Origin: an uncultured Acidobacteriota bacterium
GTDB taxonomy: Bacteria; Acidobacteriota; Terriglobia; UBA7540
Assembly: GCA_963804995.1 (NCBI GenBank)
Contig: CAWDSK010000002.1
Location: 224,001-288,000, forward strand
Direction: 5' to 3'
Length of the DNA stretch: 64,000 nucleotides
Shown: one piece after another, positions 36,691 to 46,705 of the stretch
Layout of the letters: every line of letters starts with the position of its first letter
Position numbering within the stretch: the stretch's first letter is position 1
Position numbers and translations under genes: made by a program
Notes under the pieces: model-generated
Seen by the model: the letters and a program-made list of their open reading frames with translations, nothing else
Told to the model about the DNA's origin: nothing
The model's database searches: none

Positions 36691-38718
36691 ATGACGCAAA
36701 TCAGATCAGGGGGCCCGTGGGCATTTCCGGGCACTTTCCGCTTCAATCCGCGGTGGCTGCTCGAAGCGGGACTGCTGAGCCTGATTTTGGCAGTAGGGGC
36801 GGGCTTAGGCAGGGCGCAAGTCTCCGCGCCCCGGTTTGAGGTCACCAACTACCTCATCAACGCGGAGTTGTATCCCTCCACGCACGTCCTGAGTGCGAAG
36901 GTACGTGTAGATCTTCTGCCCAGGACTGACCTTACTACCTTGTCGTTCGAACTCCACAGCAACCTCCGAGTTGAGAAAGTCCTGGATACCAAGGGTCAAG
37001 AGGTGTCTTTCAAGCAAGAAGGCCAGGCTCTGACCCTGTCACTCTTGAACCCCTTACCCGCGGGCAAGCCGGCTTCGATCATGCTGAGTTACGGTGGAAC
37101 ACTCAATACCGCCGATGGCAGCCCGGTGGAAGGACTGAAGCTGGCGTATGTGGGCACCGAGGGCTCTTACCTTCTCTACCCGGGCCGGTGGTTCCCTGTT
37201 AGCGGCTATGGGGTCAATCGTTTCACTGCCACCATGAAGATCACCGTCCCCTCAGAAGAGACCGTGATTGCTTCCGGGAAATCCGGGGGCCTGGAACGCG
37301 AGGCGGGAAAAGTAACTTACACTTATGAGTTCGGCAAGGCCTCGTTCCCGGGAACCGTCATCACGGGCCGCTATGTGGTACAGCCGGCCACCGCCGTCGG
37401 CGCGGATATCGCTCTCTACCTCAAACCCGGCCATGAGAATCTTGCCGCGAGCTATGGTGATACGGCGGCGAAGATCCTGGCCTTTTACAGCGATGAGTTC
37501 GGCCCGTTGCCGAGCGCCCACCTGGCGATCGTTGAAATCGAAGACGGCACGGTGGGCGGTTACACGTCACCCGGCGTGGTAGCCCTGGCCTCACGTGCGT
37601 TCACGACCACGGTCAATTACCGGCTGCTGGCGCACGAGATTTCCCACTTGTGGTGGCGGTGCCTGGTCAATCCCGCGACTCCTAATGATGCCGTTCTCAA
37701 CGAAGGCCTGGCCTCTTACTCAGCCGCCATGTATGTGCAGCAGTTTGCAGGGGACGCAGCCTTTGAAGATCTGATGCGTGAGACGGAGGTGGGCGCGCTG
37801 ACCCATGAGGAGGTGGCGCCCATTGCGCAGGCCGGGCAATTGCATGAGTTCACCCCTGAGTACGACTCGATCGTTTTCAAGAAGGGGTCCATGGTGTTCC
37901 ACATGCTCCGCTGGGTGGTGGGGGACGAAGCGTTTCGTAAGACGCTGCGGACCATGGGGCAGGAGTACGCCTGGAAATCCATCTCCACGGATCAATTCCA
38001 GCGCCTGGTGGAAAAAATTTCCAAACAGCAGTTGACCTATTTCTTTGCGCAGTGGGTCAGCTCCACCGGTGTGCCGCAATTTAAGCGGAGCTGGGCCGTT
38101 TATCGGCTGCAAAAGGGCTACCAGGTGATTGGCAAGGTTCAACAAGACCTGGATATCTTCCGCATGCCGGTGGAGGTTCGGGTCATCTGCCAGGGTTCCA
38201 AACCCGTTAACCAGCGCATAGAAATGGTGGGCACGACGGCGGACTTCACCATCGATACTCGCACCAAGCCCCTGCGCGTCCTGGTCGACCCGGCCAGCCG
38301 CATCCTCAAATTCGACGATAAAACCAAGTATCAAGTTGAGCTGGCCCGCGCCGATCAGCTTGTCCAGCAAGAGGCGTATCTGGAAGCCATCAAGCAGTAT
38401 CAGGATGTCCTGGAGCTCAATAAGAACAGCTCGCTGGCCCACTACCGGCTGGGTGAATTACATCTCAAATTGCGCAATTACAACGCCTCGATGGAGGAAT
38501 TCCGGCGCGCCCTGGATGGCGATTTGGATCCCAAGTGGGTGGAAGTCTGGGCGCACCTGCAACTGGGGAAAATTTTCGACGTGACCGGCCAGCGCGACCG
38601 CGCCCTTAACGAATATCAACGCGCCCTGCAGACCAATGACAATACCCAGGGAGCGCTGGACGAAGCCAATCGGTATATCCAAAAACCCTACACAGCCCCG
38701 CAGACCGCGACAAGCTGA
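36691..38718 (+). CDS. M1-family aminopeptidase with C-terminal TPR repeats
   Basis: AHEISHLWW...LNEGLASY (HExxH-18x-E); TPR-like tail. Confidence 0.85.
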   Translation: MTQIRSGGPWAFPGTFRFNPRWLLEAGLLSLILAVGAGLGRAQVSAPRFEVTNYLINAELYPSTHVLSAKVRVDLLPRTDLTTLSFELHSNLRVEKVLDTKGQEVSFKQEGQALTLSLLNPLPAGKPASIMLSYGGTLNTADGSPVEGLKLAYVGTEGSYLLYPGRWFPVSGYGVNRFTATMKITVPSEETVIASGKSGGLEREAGKVTYTYEFGKASFPGTVITGRYVVQPATAVGADIALYLKPGHENLAASYGDTAAKILAFYSDEFGPLPSAHLAIVEIEDGTVGGYTSPGVVALASRAFTTTVNYRLLAHEISHLWWRCLVNPATPNDAVLNEGLASYSAAMYVQQFAGDAAFEDLMRETEVGALTHEEVAPIAQAGQLHEFTPEYDSIVFKKGSMVFHMLRWVVGDEAFRKTLRTMGQEYAWKSISTDQFQRLVEKISKQQLTYFFAQWVSSTGVPQFKRSWAVYRLQKGYQVIGKVQQDLDIFRMPVEVRVICQGSKPVNQRIEMVGTTADFTIDTRTKPLRVLVDPASRILKFDDKTKYQVELARADQLVQQEAYLEAIKQYQDVLELNKNSSLAHYRLGELHLKLRNYNASMEEFRRALDGDLDPKWVEVWAHLQLGKIFDVTGQRDRALNEYQRALQTNDNTQGALDEANRYIQKPYTAPQTATS

Positions 38719-38842
38719 GGCGCTGGCGGCTTCAGCCCCTAAGCGCTAACTTAAGTCACCATGGTCGTAGCGGCGGGTTTACCCCGCCATTTTCGCGGCG
38801 GCGTCACGCCGCCACATGGCGAGGTAAACTCGCCGCTACGTA

Positions 38843-38913
38843 CCGACAGGCTGGCGCAGCTCTGCCACTCATCCGTTTCGCTTACCATATCGCAGAGTTT
38901 TACTCTGCGCCGG
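38843..38913. repeat. ~75-bp palindromic direct repeat B, copy 1 (partially deleted)
   Basis: ggctggcgcagctctgccactcatccgtttcgcttaccatatcgcagagttttactctgcgcc. Confidence 0.85.
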
Positions 38914-38995
38914 CCTATGACGGTTCCTTATTGGCAATCTTTGCTAATTCTGCCACAATCTCCTTGAGAATCGATACCCCGATAAGGAACGACCC

Positions 38996-39238
38996 ATGCC
39001 CACGCGCAATGTGAATCTGACTGACGAGCTTGATCGTTTCGTGCTGAAGAAAGTCGAAAGTGGCCGTTACGAAAACGCCAGTGAGGTTGTCCGTGCCGCC
39101 TTGCGCACCTTGGAGCGCGAAGAGCAGCAATACGAGGCGAAGCTTGCCGCGCTGAGGATGGCGATTGATGAAGGTGACGCGAGTGGCGTTGCCGACGGGA
39201 ATTCCTTTGCGCGCGTCCGGCGGGCTGGCGCAGGGTGA
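38996..39238 (+). CDS. parD: ParD-like (ribbon-helix-helix) antitoxin, orphan
   Basis: MPTRNVNLTDELDRFV...SGRYENASEVVRAALR; no parE ORF follows. Confidence 0.85.
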   Translation: MPTRNVNLTDELDRFVLKKVESGRYENASEVVRAALRTLEREEQQYEAKLAALRMAIDEGDASGVADGNSFARVRRAGAG

Positions 39239-39519
39239 AACCCTGCGACTTTGGGATCGACCCGCATCGAACCAACGAGTCTTAGAGCGTTGCGTTACCC
39301 TGCTGCTCCCCATGTGACCATAATCAGTCAACAGCAGGTTTTGTGGTCTCAGAATTTGAGGCATGATGACAGCCTGCGCGGATGCGGCTGGGGTTATACT
39401 GGAGGCAGCAGCGGGAAGGCAGTATGAACACTCTGCCCTATGAACTCCGCTCCCGCAGGCAGTGGCGGGTTTTCGTCTCTTGCCCTCGGTTGCTCCCCCT
39501 GCCGGCTCGGGGAAGGGTG

Positions 39520-40449
39520 ATGTCGTCGCTGAAGCATTTTGCCGCGGTTCTGATTCTGTGTGGCCGGCTTGCCGTGCCCCACTCCGCTGCCGCCATGCCA
39601 TCCCAGCTTCTGCCACCAGACGAATTAAGGTACTACGATCGAGCCAGGTCCGTTGTGGACCTGACCCCGGCCGAACTGCGGAAAGCATACCCCGAACTCT
39701 ATGATCTGGATCCCGTGCGTAGCCAGAACGACCTCGGCCGCATCCTGCAAAAGGTAGGCGAAGGGGTTGAGGCGTTCATCCGTGACTTCCCCAACACAGC
39801 GTCGCTCGAAAGTGTGCGGCGGGAAAGGCTCGACCGGAAAGGGATTGTCCTGGAAAGCGATACGCAGACTTTCAACTATCTGGCGTTGGGTCGCAGCGAG
39901 GGAAGCAAAGGGGGCCTGAGTGAGATCCGTACGGACAACATGGGCAGGCCCCTCGAACCCCATGCCATGAACGGGCCCTCCATACTCACCATTGGGTTTG
40001 TGTCCATGGTGATGTACTTCCACCCCAAACTCCAGCCCGACTCCACCTTTCGTTACCTCGGGCATCTGACGGTCGATGGTCGTGACGCCTATGTGGTGGC
40101 CTTCGCGCAGCGGCCGGAGGCAGCGCAAGTGGGCACCTGGCTCGAATTTGGAAGCCAGTCCAGCAGGATCCTCGTGCAGGGGATTGCCCAGATTGACGCC
40201 GATTCCTCCCAGATTCTTCAGATGCGTGTGGACCTGCTCGCACCACGGCCCGACCTGGGAGTGAACAAGTATTCCACGGAACTCCATTTTGGCAAAGCTC
40301 GGTTCAGACAAATCTCCAAGACGTTGTGGACCCCCCATAAGGTGGTTGTGACCTTGGATCTGGGCGGCCAATTATTTCGGAATTACCACCACTACTCCCA
40401 CTTCAATTTGTTCAACGTGGAAGCGAAGATAAAGGAGGACGCCCCCTAG
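39520..40449 (+). CDS. Exported hypothetical protein (beta-rich)
   Basis: Signal peptide; open 309-aa frame; start codon uncertain. Confidence 0.6.
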   Translation: MSSLKHFAAVLILCGRLAVPHSAAAMPSQLLPPDELRYYDRARSVVDLTPAELRKAYPELYDLDPVRSQNDLGRILQKVGEGVEAFIRDFPNTASLESVRRERLDRKGIVLESDTQTFNYLALGRSEGSKGGLSEIRTDNMGRPLEPHAMNGPSILTIGFVSMVMYFHPKLQPDSTFRYLGHLTVDGRDAYVVAFAQRPEAAQVGTWLEFGSQSSRILVQGIAQIDADSSQILQMRVDLLAPRPDLGVNKYSTELHFGKARFRQISKTLWTPHKVVVTLDLGGQLFRNYHHYSHFNLFNVEAKIKEDAP

Positions 40450-40481
40450 CCGCCCCCCGCCGACCTCCCCAAGCCCAGAAG

Positions 40482-40560
40482 CGGCCGGCTGGCATAGAGC
40501 GCAGCTCTGCGACTCATCCGCATCGCTCACCATATCGCAGAGTCTTACTCTGCGCCCACC
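40482..40560. repeat. Direct repeat B, copy 2
   Basis: Aligns with copies 1 and 3; follows the stop of the upstream gene. Confidence 0.85.
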
Positions 40561-40651
40561 CGCCGACGGCACATTCTGTAAGACTGCGCGGGCACGGGGT
40601 ATTTCTGCGGGTAGGCCGTATTACGACCGAGTGAGTCTTCTCGCCTGTTGA

Positions 40652-40687
40652 TTTTGCAAGAAAAAAGTGTTATTTTTTCTTGCAAAA
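40652..40687. promoter_or_regulatory. AbiEi-type operator, perfect 15-bp inverted repeat
   Basis: TTTTGCAAGAAAAAA-gtgtta-TTTTTTCTTGCAAAA, 14 bp upstream of the antitoxin ATG. Confidence 0.75.
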
Positions 40688-40701
40688 CGAATGGATAAAG
40701 T

Positions 40702-41319
40702 ATGGCGCAAACAATTGAAAATAAGGTCGTAAGCCGCATTCGAGGAACCGCTAGAGGGTGGGCATTCTCGCCACGTGATTTTCTGGACCTTGGCGAGCGG
40801 CCAACCATCGATTCTGCCCTGCATCGCCTTGCCCAACAAGGACAGGTTCGGCGCATCATCCGCGGTATCTACGACTGCCCGCGCTCCAGTAACCTTCTAA
40901 AACAACCCTTGAGTCCGGACATTGACCAGGTTGCCCGCGCCTTGGCGCGCAAATTTCGGTGGCGGATTCAACCCAGCGGGGCAACCGCTCTGAATATCTT
41001 GGGCTTATCAGCTCAAGTTCCAGCGCGCGTTGTCTATCGGTCCGACGGCCCGGACCGTAACTACAGGGTTGGCAATACGAACTTGGTTTTCGAACATACT
41101 GCGCTCAAAGAGGCGGGTTTCAAACTGCGGGAGAGCGGCTTAATCGTTCAAGCCATCCGCTCTCTCGGGCAGGAACACGTGACGCCGGATGTCGTTACCA
41201 AAATCCGATCATGGTTGCCGCCTTCTCTGCGCTCCAAAGTCCTGGCGGATACCAAGACCGCTACCGGATGGGTGTACGCCACGATACAGCGCATTACCGA
41301 GGGGGAGCAACGTGGATAA
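40702..41319 (+). CDS. AbiEi-like antitoxin (DUF6088 type)
   Basis: FSPRDFLDLG...IDSALHRL...RGIY, SGATALNILGLSAQVP and SDGP motifs. Confidence 0.85.
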   Translation: MAQTIENKVVSRIRGTARGWAFSPRDFLDLGERPTIDSALHRLAQQGQVRRIIRGIYDCPRSSNLLKQPLSPDIDQVARALARKFRWRIQPSGATALNILGLSAQVPARVVYRSDGPDRNYRVGNTNLVFEHTALKEAGFKLRESGLIVQAIRSLGQEHVTPDVVTKIRSWLPPSLRSKVLADTKTATGWVYATIQRITEGEQRG

Positions 41320-42322
41320 GATCGCGATGCGGCCAGCCTCCGACCGGCGAGACCTATTTAGTGAATCAGCGAGCCAACTCGGGATGAATCCGGTCATCAT
41401 CGAGAAGGATTTCTGGGTGTGCTGGATTCTGAAGAGGCTATTCGCCGACCCTCGCCTGAAAGATCAAATCATCTTCAAGGGTGGAACTACCCTTTCCAAA
41501 GTCTACAGGCTCATCGACCGGTTCTCTGAAGATGTCGATCTGATTCTAGACTGGCGTCTGCTTGGCTATGGTCCACCGCAGGGGGACGATCCCTGCCGGG
41601 ATCTTCCCTCTAAGACACAGCGGAGTCGTTACAACCAGGAGATCAACGCACGGGCTGCCGGGTACATTCGCGATACACTTCTCCCACAACTGAGTTTACT
41701 TCTTGGCACAGTGCCGGAAATCGCCATCTCCATCGATGCAACTGATTCCCACACCGTGAATGTAAGTTATCCAGCCAGCTTTGCTGCTTCCTACATCCGT
41801 CCAGAGGTCCGGCTCGAAATAGGTCCATTAGCCTCCTGGCTTCCCTCAGGCGAACACGCTATTCGACCCTACGCCGCTGAAGTGTTTCCAGACGTATTTG
41901 AGGACGCAAGCTGCCCAGTGGTCGCAATCCACGCAGAGAGGACGTTTTGGGAGAAAGCTACGATTCTCCACCAGGAGGCACATCGCTTGGGGACCATGCC
42001 GGCGCGCCACTCGCGTCACTATTATGACGTTTACAAAATGGCGGGCAGCAAGATAAAGGATGCGGCGTTTTCCGATCTTGCACTACTCCTTGACGTGGTC
42101 GCCTTCAAAGAACTCTTCTACTACTCCTCTTGGGCGCGCTTTGACTTGGCAAAGCCCGGATCCTTCCGGCTGAGCCCCCCGCCCCGCCAGATCACAGCAC
42201 TCCTGCGCGATTACAAAGAAATGCGCGACATGTTTTATCGAGAACCGCCGGAATTCGCAACGATTCTGGCGGTCCTACCGCTCCTTGAAGAAGAAATCAA
42301 CAATCTTGGCAGGCAGCGCTGA
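41312..42322 (+). CDS. AbiEii/AbiGii nucleotidyltransferase toxin
   Basis: IEKDFWV, IFKGGTTLSK...RFSEDVDL, RTFWEK and RHYYD motifs. Confidence 0.9.
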   Translation: MDKIAMRPASDRRDLFSESASQLGMNPVIIEKDFWVCWILKRLFADPRLKDQIIFKGGTTLSKVYRLIDRFSEDVDLILDWRLLGYGPPQGDDPCRDLPSKTQRSRYNQEINARAAGYIRDTLLPQLSLLLGTVPEIAISIDATDSHTVNVSYPASFAASYIRPEVRLEIGPLASWLPSGEHAIRPYAAEVFPDVFEDASCPVVAIHAERTFWEKATILHQEAHRLGTMPARHSRHYYDVYKMAGSKIKDAAFSDLALLLDVVAFKELFYYSSWARFDLAKPGSFRLSPPPRQITALLRDYKEMRDMFYREPPEFATILAVLPLLEEEINNLGRQR

Positions 42323-42549
42323 GCGGCACGTAACGCGCGGGTCGGACCCAATTCGAGGTCCGCGCTACGCTTGCTCCAACGACCGAGATGCGCCAGCCTG
42401 CCCAGTTGACGCAAAGACAACTAATCCGGCAGTGGAAATGCGGTCGCGCGATGGAGGTTCAAACTTTTCCTTCTTTGTGATATATGGATGCAGTCTGGTT
42501 CGACCCATACTGGTCTATCGGTGACCGTTTGATCAGGCAACTCGAATCG

Positions 42550-43602
42550 ATGAAGCTCCTTCGCAAACACGCTTGCTTGATGACGGTGCTCATTTTGGCC
42601 AGCGGCAACTTCACGCTTGTTCTCGGTAATGACAGCGCCGCGTCGACCGCAATCGGTGGAATTCAGTTGCGCCGGGAGGCGAATATCTCCATGGAAAAGG
42701 AGCGCCTAACGATCAGTGAGGCCAAAGTTACAGTTGAGTATGAATTCCTAAACCAGACGGATAAGAACATCACGACCGAAGTCGCCTTTCCAATTCCGCC
42801 TTATGATGTTGCATTCATGGATGCCGGCGGCGTAAGAGATTTCGACAACTTTCGTTTGTGGGTCGAAGGTAAGGAATTGAAGTACAACATTGAAGTCCGA
42901 GCGAAACTACGCGGCAAGAATTACACTGATTTGCTCAAGAGTCTGGGGATTGACATCGCATCATTCGGTCATTTCGATGTAGACCGGGAGGGAGAACCGA
43001 CAGGTCAAATCACCAAGCTTTCCAAGGGACAACGAGATCAGCTATTTCGGTTGGGACTGATCTCTGGACCTGATGCTTCTCCACCGGGAATGCCGGCGTG
43101 GGATGCCGTGAAGACATATTATTGGATGCAGACCTTTCCAGCTCACAAAGTACTGCGTGTTCGTCATGAATACACGCCGAGCTTTGGCTTCAAGGATATG
43201 TCCGCACGCGACCTAGACCCCAAGACGCCGCACCCCAGTGATATCCGCGGTCAAATTGAGAATGCGTGCGTCGATCCATCCTTGCGGAAGGGACTGACGG
43301 ACCAAGCGATTAAGAATTACAAAGCCCCTGAAGAAACGCTAATGGGCATGGTTTGGGTAGACTATATTTTGACGACAGCCAATTCTTGGAAAACTCCAAT
43401 CAAAGACTTCACCTTGGTCATCGACAGGCGAAGAGATTCGAAGCATATTGCTGGAGTGGGGATGGAATACGTTAGCTTGTGTTGGGACGGACCGATCAAA
43501 AAGCTGGATGCCGATCACTTCCTGGTGCACGAAACGAATTTTGTTCCCAAGAAGGAACTCCACGTTGCCTTCTTTTCCTTCCTTGTGCCGCCAGACAAGT
43601 AG
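42550..43602 (+). CDS. DUF4424-like exported protein
   Basis: NDSAASTAIGGI...ISMEKERLTIS...VEYEF and YILTTANSWKTPIKDFTLVID motifs. Confidence 0.75.
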   Translation: MKLLRKHACLMTVLILASGNFTLVLGNDSAASTAIGGIQLRREANISMEKERLTISEAKVTVEYEFLNQTDKNITTEVAFPIPPYDVAFMDAGGVRDFDNFRLWVEGKELKYNIEVRAKLRGKNYTDLLKSLGIDIASFGHFDVDREGEPTGQITKLSKGQRDQLFRLGLISGPDASPPGMPAWDAVKTYYWMQTFPAHKVLRVRHEYTPSFGFKDMSARDLDPKTPHPSDIRGQIENACVDPSLRKGLTDQAIKNYKAPEETLMGMVWVDYILTTANSWKTPIKDFTLVIDRRRDSKHIAGVGMEYVSLCWDGPIKKLDADHFLVHETNFVPKKELHVAFFSFLVPPDK

Positions 43603-43613
43603 CCACCCTCCGA

Positions 43614-43692
43614 CGGCCGGCTGGCGCAGAGCGCTCCTCTGCGACTCATCCGCTTCGCTCACTATATCGCAGAGTTTTACTCCGCGCCAGCC
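43614..43692. repeat. Direct repeat B, copy 3
   Basis: ggctggcgcagagc...ctctgcga...tcgcagagttttactccgcgccagcc, right after the DUF4424 stop. Confidence 0.85.
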
Positions 43693-43738
43693 AGCCCCTT
43701 TATCCCTTGCTCAGCACTATCCCTTTTAGCTTGTCAGC

Positions 43739-43861
43739 ACCACCCCGGAGTCAGCACCTCCCCGTCGCTCAGCGCGCCACCCCTCCTCATCTGAGGAGGG
43801 GAGTTCTTGAAAAACTCCCCTCCTGATTCAGGAGGGGTGGCGCGCCGAGTGCCGGGGTGGT
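43739..43861. repeat. Long nested inverted repeat between convergent genes (MITE/REP-like, possible terminator)
   Basis: GCGCGCCACCCCTCCT...AGGAGGGGTGGCGCGC arms, each with an internal hairpin. Confidence 0.7.
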
Positions 43862-43901
43862 TACGATAGAGCGGTTTGCGCCGGGGTGTTCTTCCACCTT
43901 T

Positions 43902-45047
43902 TCACCCCGCTTCGGCGCGGGCGTACTTCAATCCCGCGAGTTCCGGCCGAGAAACCCCGCGGTGCTGAACGAGCACTTTGAAGACTTCGCCCATCCCGAC
44001 CGGAGAGATCAAGCGTTTCAGTTTGAGCCGGGCATCGAGCCTCTCAACTTCACTTTGACCTGCGTCGTAGGCGTCCGCGAACTCGTTAGCCTCGCCCAGG
44101 CCCAGCAGGAATCTCTCCTGCGTGGTGAATCCTGCCAGCTCCAGCCCCGCCGCCTTCCCCGCATCGATCAGGGCGCTGAAGTTCACGTGCGCGGTCAAAT
44201 CGCATTCACCCGGTGTAGAGAAAAACTCCTCTGAGACGGTGTGGACGCGGTACGCCAGCAACGTCCCGCGCGGGCGGTCCGGCGTGTAGAGCCGCTTCGC
44301 GGTGTCCCCGTAATCGACCGTGATCACAAAACCGCGTGCCAGTTTGGCGGCGACGGCGCGCATCCACTCCTGCGCCTGCCGGTTCACCTCCACGCGATGA
44401 CCTTCCTCAAGCTGGTTCGCGTACCGCGCGACGTAGGCCGCGATGGCGGGATCGCTGATGGGGCCAAGCTTCTCGCCCAGGTTGTCGCCTTCAGCGGTTA
44501 CATAGACTTCCTTGAGATGTCCACCCGCGCGCGTGATCACGCTGACCGGAAAGGCGTCCACAAGTTCGTTCGAAAAGAAGCAGCCGGTGGTGGCCTCAAC
44601 TTCTGCAACATTTGCGAGGAGGCGGACCCGCCGCTCCAGGCCCGCGCTGGCCAATCGGGTCGCGATAAGCTGGCGCTGTGGCCGCCCGGGCTCGATGGCG
44701 ACATAGTCGAGCGCCACGGCAAATTCCGGCAGCGCGCGGGTTGTCCAAGTCAGGAAGTCGGTGGCAAAAAGCCCCCGCCCCGTGCCCATTTCGACCCAGG
44801 TGAAGCGCTCGGGCCTTCCCAATGCTTGCCACATCTCCGCCGCCTGCCGCGCCAGGAGTCGCGCAAATATCGGGTGCAGGTCGGAACTGGTGAAGTAATC
44901 GCCGTCCTTCCCGGTGCGCTCCCGCCCCTGGGTGTAGTAACCGAAATCCGGATGATAGAGACACAGCGCCATGTAACGCTCAAAGGTGATGGCGCCCTCG
45001 CGGCGGATAGAGTCGAGAAGCAGTTGTTCGAGAGGTGTTTGGCTCAA
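43902..45047 (-). CDS. MidA/NDUFAF7-family SAM-dependent methyltransferase
   Basis: YMALCLY, GDYFTS, EMGTGRG, SNELVDAFP and DLTAHVNF motifs. Confidence 0.9.
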   Translation of the reverse strand: MSQTPLEQLLLDSIRREGAITFERYMALCLYHPDFGYYTQGRERTGKDGDYFTSSDLHPIFARLLARQAAEMWQALGRPERFTWVEMGTGRGLFATDFLTWTTRALPEFAVALDYVAIEPGRPQRQLIATRLASAGLERRVRLLANVAEVEATTGCFFSNELVDAFPVSVITRAGGHLKEVYVTAEGDNLGEKLGPISDPAIAAYVARYANQLEEGHRVEVNRQAQEWMRAVAAKLARGFVITVDYGDTAKRLYTPDRPRGTLLAYRVHTVSEEFFSTPGECDLTAHVNFSALIDAGKAAGLELAGFTTQERFLLGLGEANEFADAYDAGQSEVERLDARLKLKRLISPVGMGEVFKVLVQHRGVSRPELAGLKYARAEAG

Positions 45048-45065
45048 GGAGAACTCAGGAGTCCC

Positions 45066-45389
45066 TCAGTACCTTGGCACGCGAGGGTCGATCTCTAGCG
45101 ACCAGCGGTCAATGCCCCCGCTCAGGCTGAGCGCCTCAACACCCTGTTGTTTCAGCCACGACGCGACATCGAAGCTGCGCATGCCCGCATGGCAGTAAAC
45201 CACGACCGGCTGGTCTTTGGGAATCTCATCGAGGCGCTGAGGAATCTGGCGCATGGGAATCAGGGTGGCTCCTTCAATGTTTGCCGCCTCGAATTCCCAC
45301 GGCTCGCGACAATCGAGGAGGAGGAATTTCTCTGCGCGCTCCCGCATCTCGTGGACTTTGCGAGGTTCGATGGTGAGTTCGTCGTTCAT
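45066..45389 (-). CDS. Single-domain rhodanese
   Basis: LLDCREPWE, VVYCHAGMRS and LSGGIDRW motifs. Confidence 0.9.
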   Translation of the reverse strand: MNDELTIEPRKVHEMRERAEKFLLLDCREPWEFEAANIEGATLIPMRQIPQRLDEIPKDQPVVVYCHAGMRSFDVASWLKQQGVEALSLSGGIDRWSLEIDPRVPRY

Positions 45390-45528
45390 GTTGCACCCCT
45401 GCCTTCCCTATGGCGCAAATGCCGTCCGTCGCCAGGCTCATCAGGCGATCGACATCTCCGGCCTCGACGGCGGCAAGCCACTCCGCCTTGACCTTTTCGA
45501 TTTCCTCGGTTTCAGGAGTGGCTGGCAC
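45390..45528 (-). pseudogene. Possible SnoaL/DUF4440-like N-terminal fragment
   Basis: EIEKVKAEWLAAVEAGDVDRLMSLATD resembles an NTF2-fold first helix; the frame then runs out of register into the rhodanese gene. Confidence 0.4.
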
Positions 45529-46243
45529 GGCGCTCCGCTCCCTGGCGGCATTTGGCTACGAACTGCACAAAGATTTCACGCTGCTCCGCGGATTGGCTGA
45601 CCATTTCCTCCGGATGCCACTGCACCGCCATCAGGAAGGGATAGTTGTCGGCTGATTCCACGGCTTCGACGAAACCGTCTTCAGAGCGCGCCGTCACTTT
45701 CAATCCGCGCCCCAAGCGCTTGACCGCCTGGTGATGCAGGCTGTTGACGCGGCAGGTCCGCGGGACCATCGCCCCCAGAGTCGACTCCGGGTCCGTCACC
45801 AACACCGTGTGGGTCGGCGCCTGGCGCGGCTGGCCCAGGTCCGTCTGCCGATGCTCCAATTGCGGGGCGGCTTCGAGATTCATGTCCTGATAAAGCGTGC
45901 CGCCGAACTTTACGTTGATCATCTGCACGCCACGGCAAATGCCAAGAATAGGGAGGCGGCGCGTCAAAGCCAGATCGAGCAATGCGAATTCGAATTCATC
46001 GCGCGCGGGGTGGTCATGGACACTGTCGTGGTGCTTCGCCTCACCGTAAAGCGAGGGATTCACATCCTCCCCACCCGTGAACAAGATGCCGTCATAGCCC
46101 TCGGCGTGCACGCGGCCGGCGTCCGAAGCCGACACCAGTTCGATTTCATCCGCCTTCACGCCCACCTCGAGGAGCGCCTGAAAATAGGGGGACTCCGGCC
46201 CTCTGGCCTTTTCCTTCTCGGCGACCGATAGGGCAATGCGCAT
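45512..46243 (-). CDS. Peptidase C26 / gamma-glutamyl-gamma-aminobutyrate hydrolase family
   Basis: TGGEDV, LGICRGVQ, VNSLHHQAV and VQWHPE motifs. Confidence 0.9.
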   Translation of the reverse strand: MRIALSVAEKEKARGPESPYFQALLEVGVKADEIELVSASDAGRVHAEGYDGILFTGGEDVNPSLYGEAKHHDSVHDHPARDEFEFALLDLALTRRLPILGICRGVQMINVKFGGTLYQDMNLEAAPQLEHRQTDLGQPRQAPTHTVLVTDPESTLGAMVPRTCRVNSLHHQAVKRLGRGLKVTARSEDGFVEAVESADNYPFLMAVQWHPEEMVSQSAEQREIFVQFVAKCRQGAERRASHS

Positions 46244-46705
46244 CTTCCGAACCATCCTTGGCCCGCTGGTTTTGTTCTGTCGCCAATGCTTCTGCGTCAG
46301 TGCCCACTCGAACTTCCCTAATATACCGCATCGACACTGCATCTCAGGAGAGACAAATTGGGGAATGTCCCGATAGGGTGGATTGAATTGCAGAAAGGGG
46401 GTAGACCCGAAGACGGGAAATCTGCACATCCGGCTGGACCAGGGGCGAGGAAATCAGGATCGGCGCCGCGTGTGCCCCACCTCGGTTTTCGCAGCTCAGC
46501 GACTTATTGTCATCAAGGTGGGACTGTCCCACTTGTTGCTCTCCGCGGGGCATAGCGCGCAACGTCCCACCAAATTCCCCACCCTCAGGCGTTTTTCGCC
46601 CCCTGAATTTGATTGGCGGATCCGCCGCGCTACCTTGCTCTTATACTCATCACCCGCGGCGCCGCCAAGTGCACCGGATCGATCATGCGGAGTGCCCGTC
46701 GGTGA

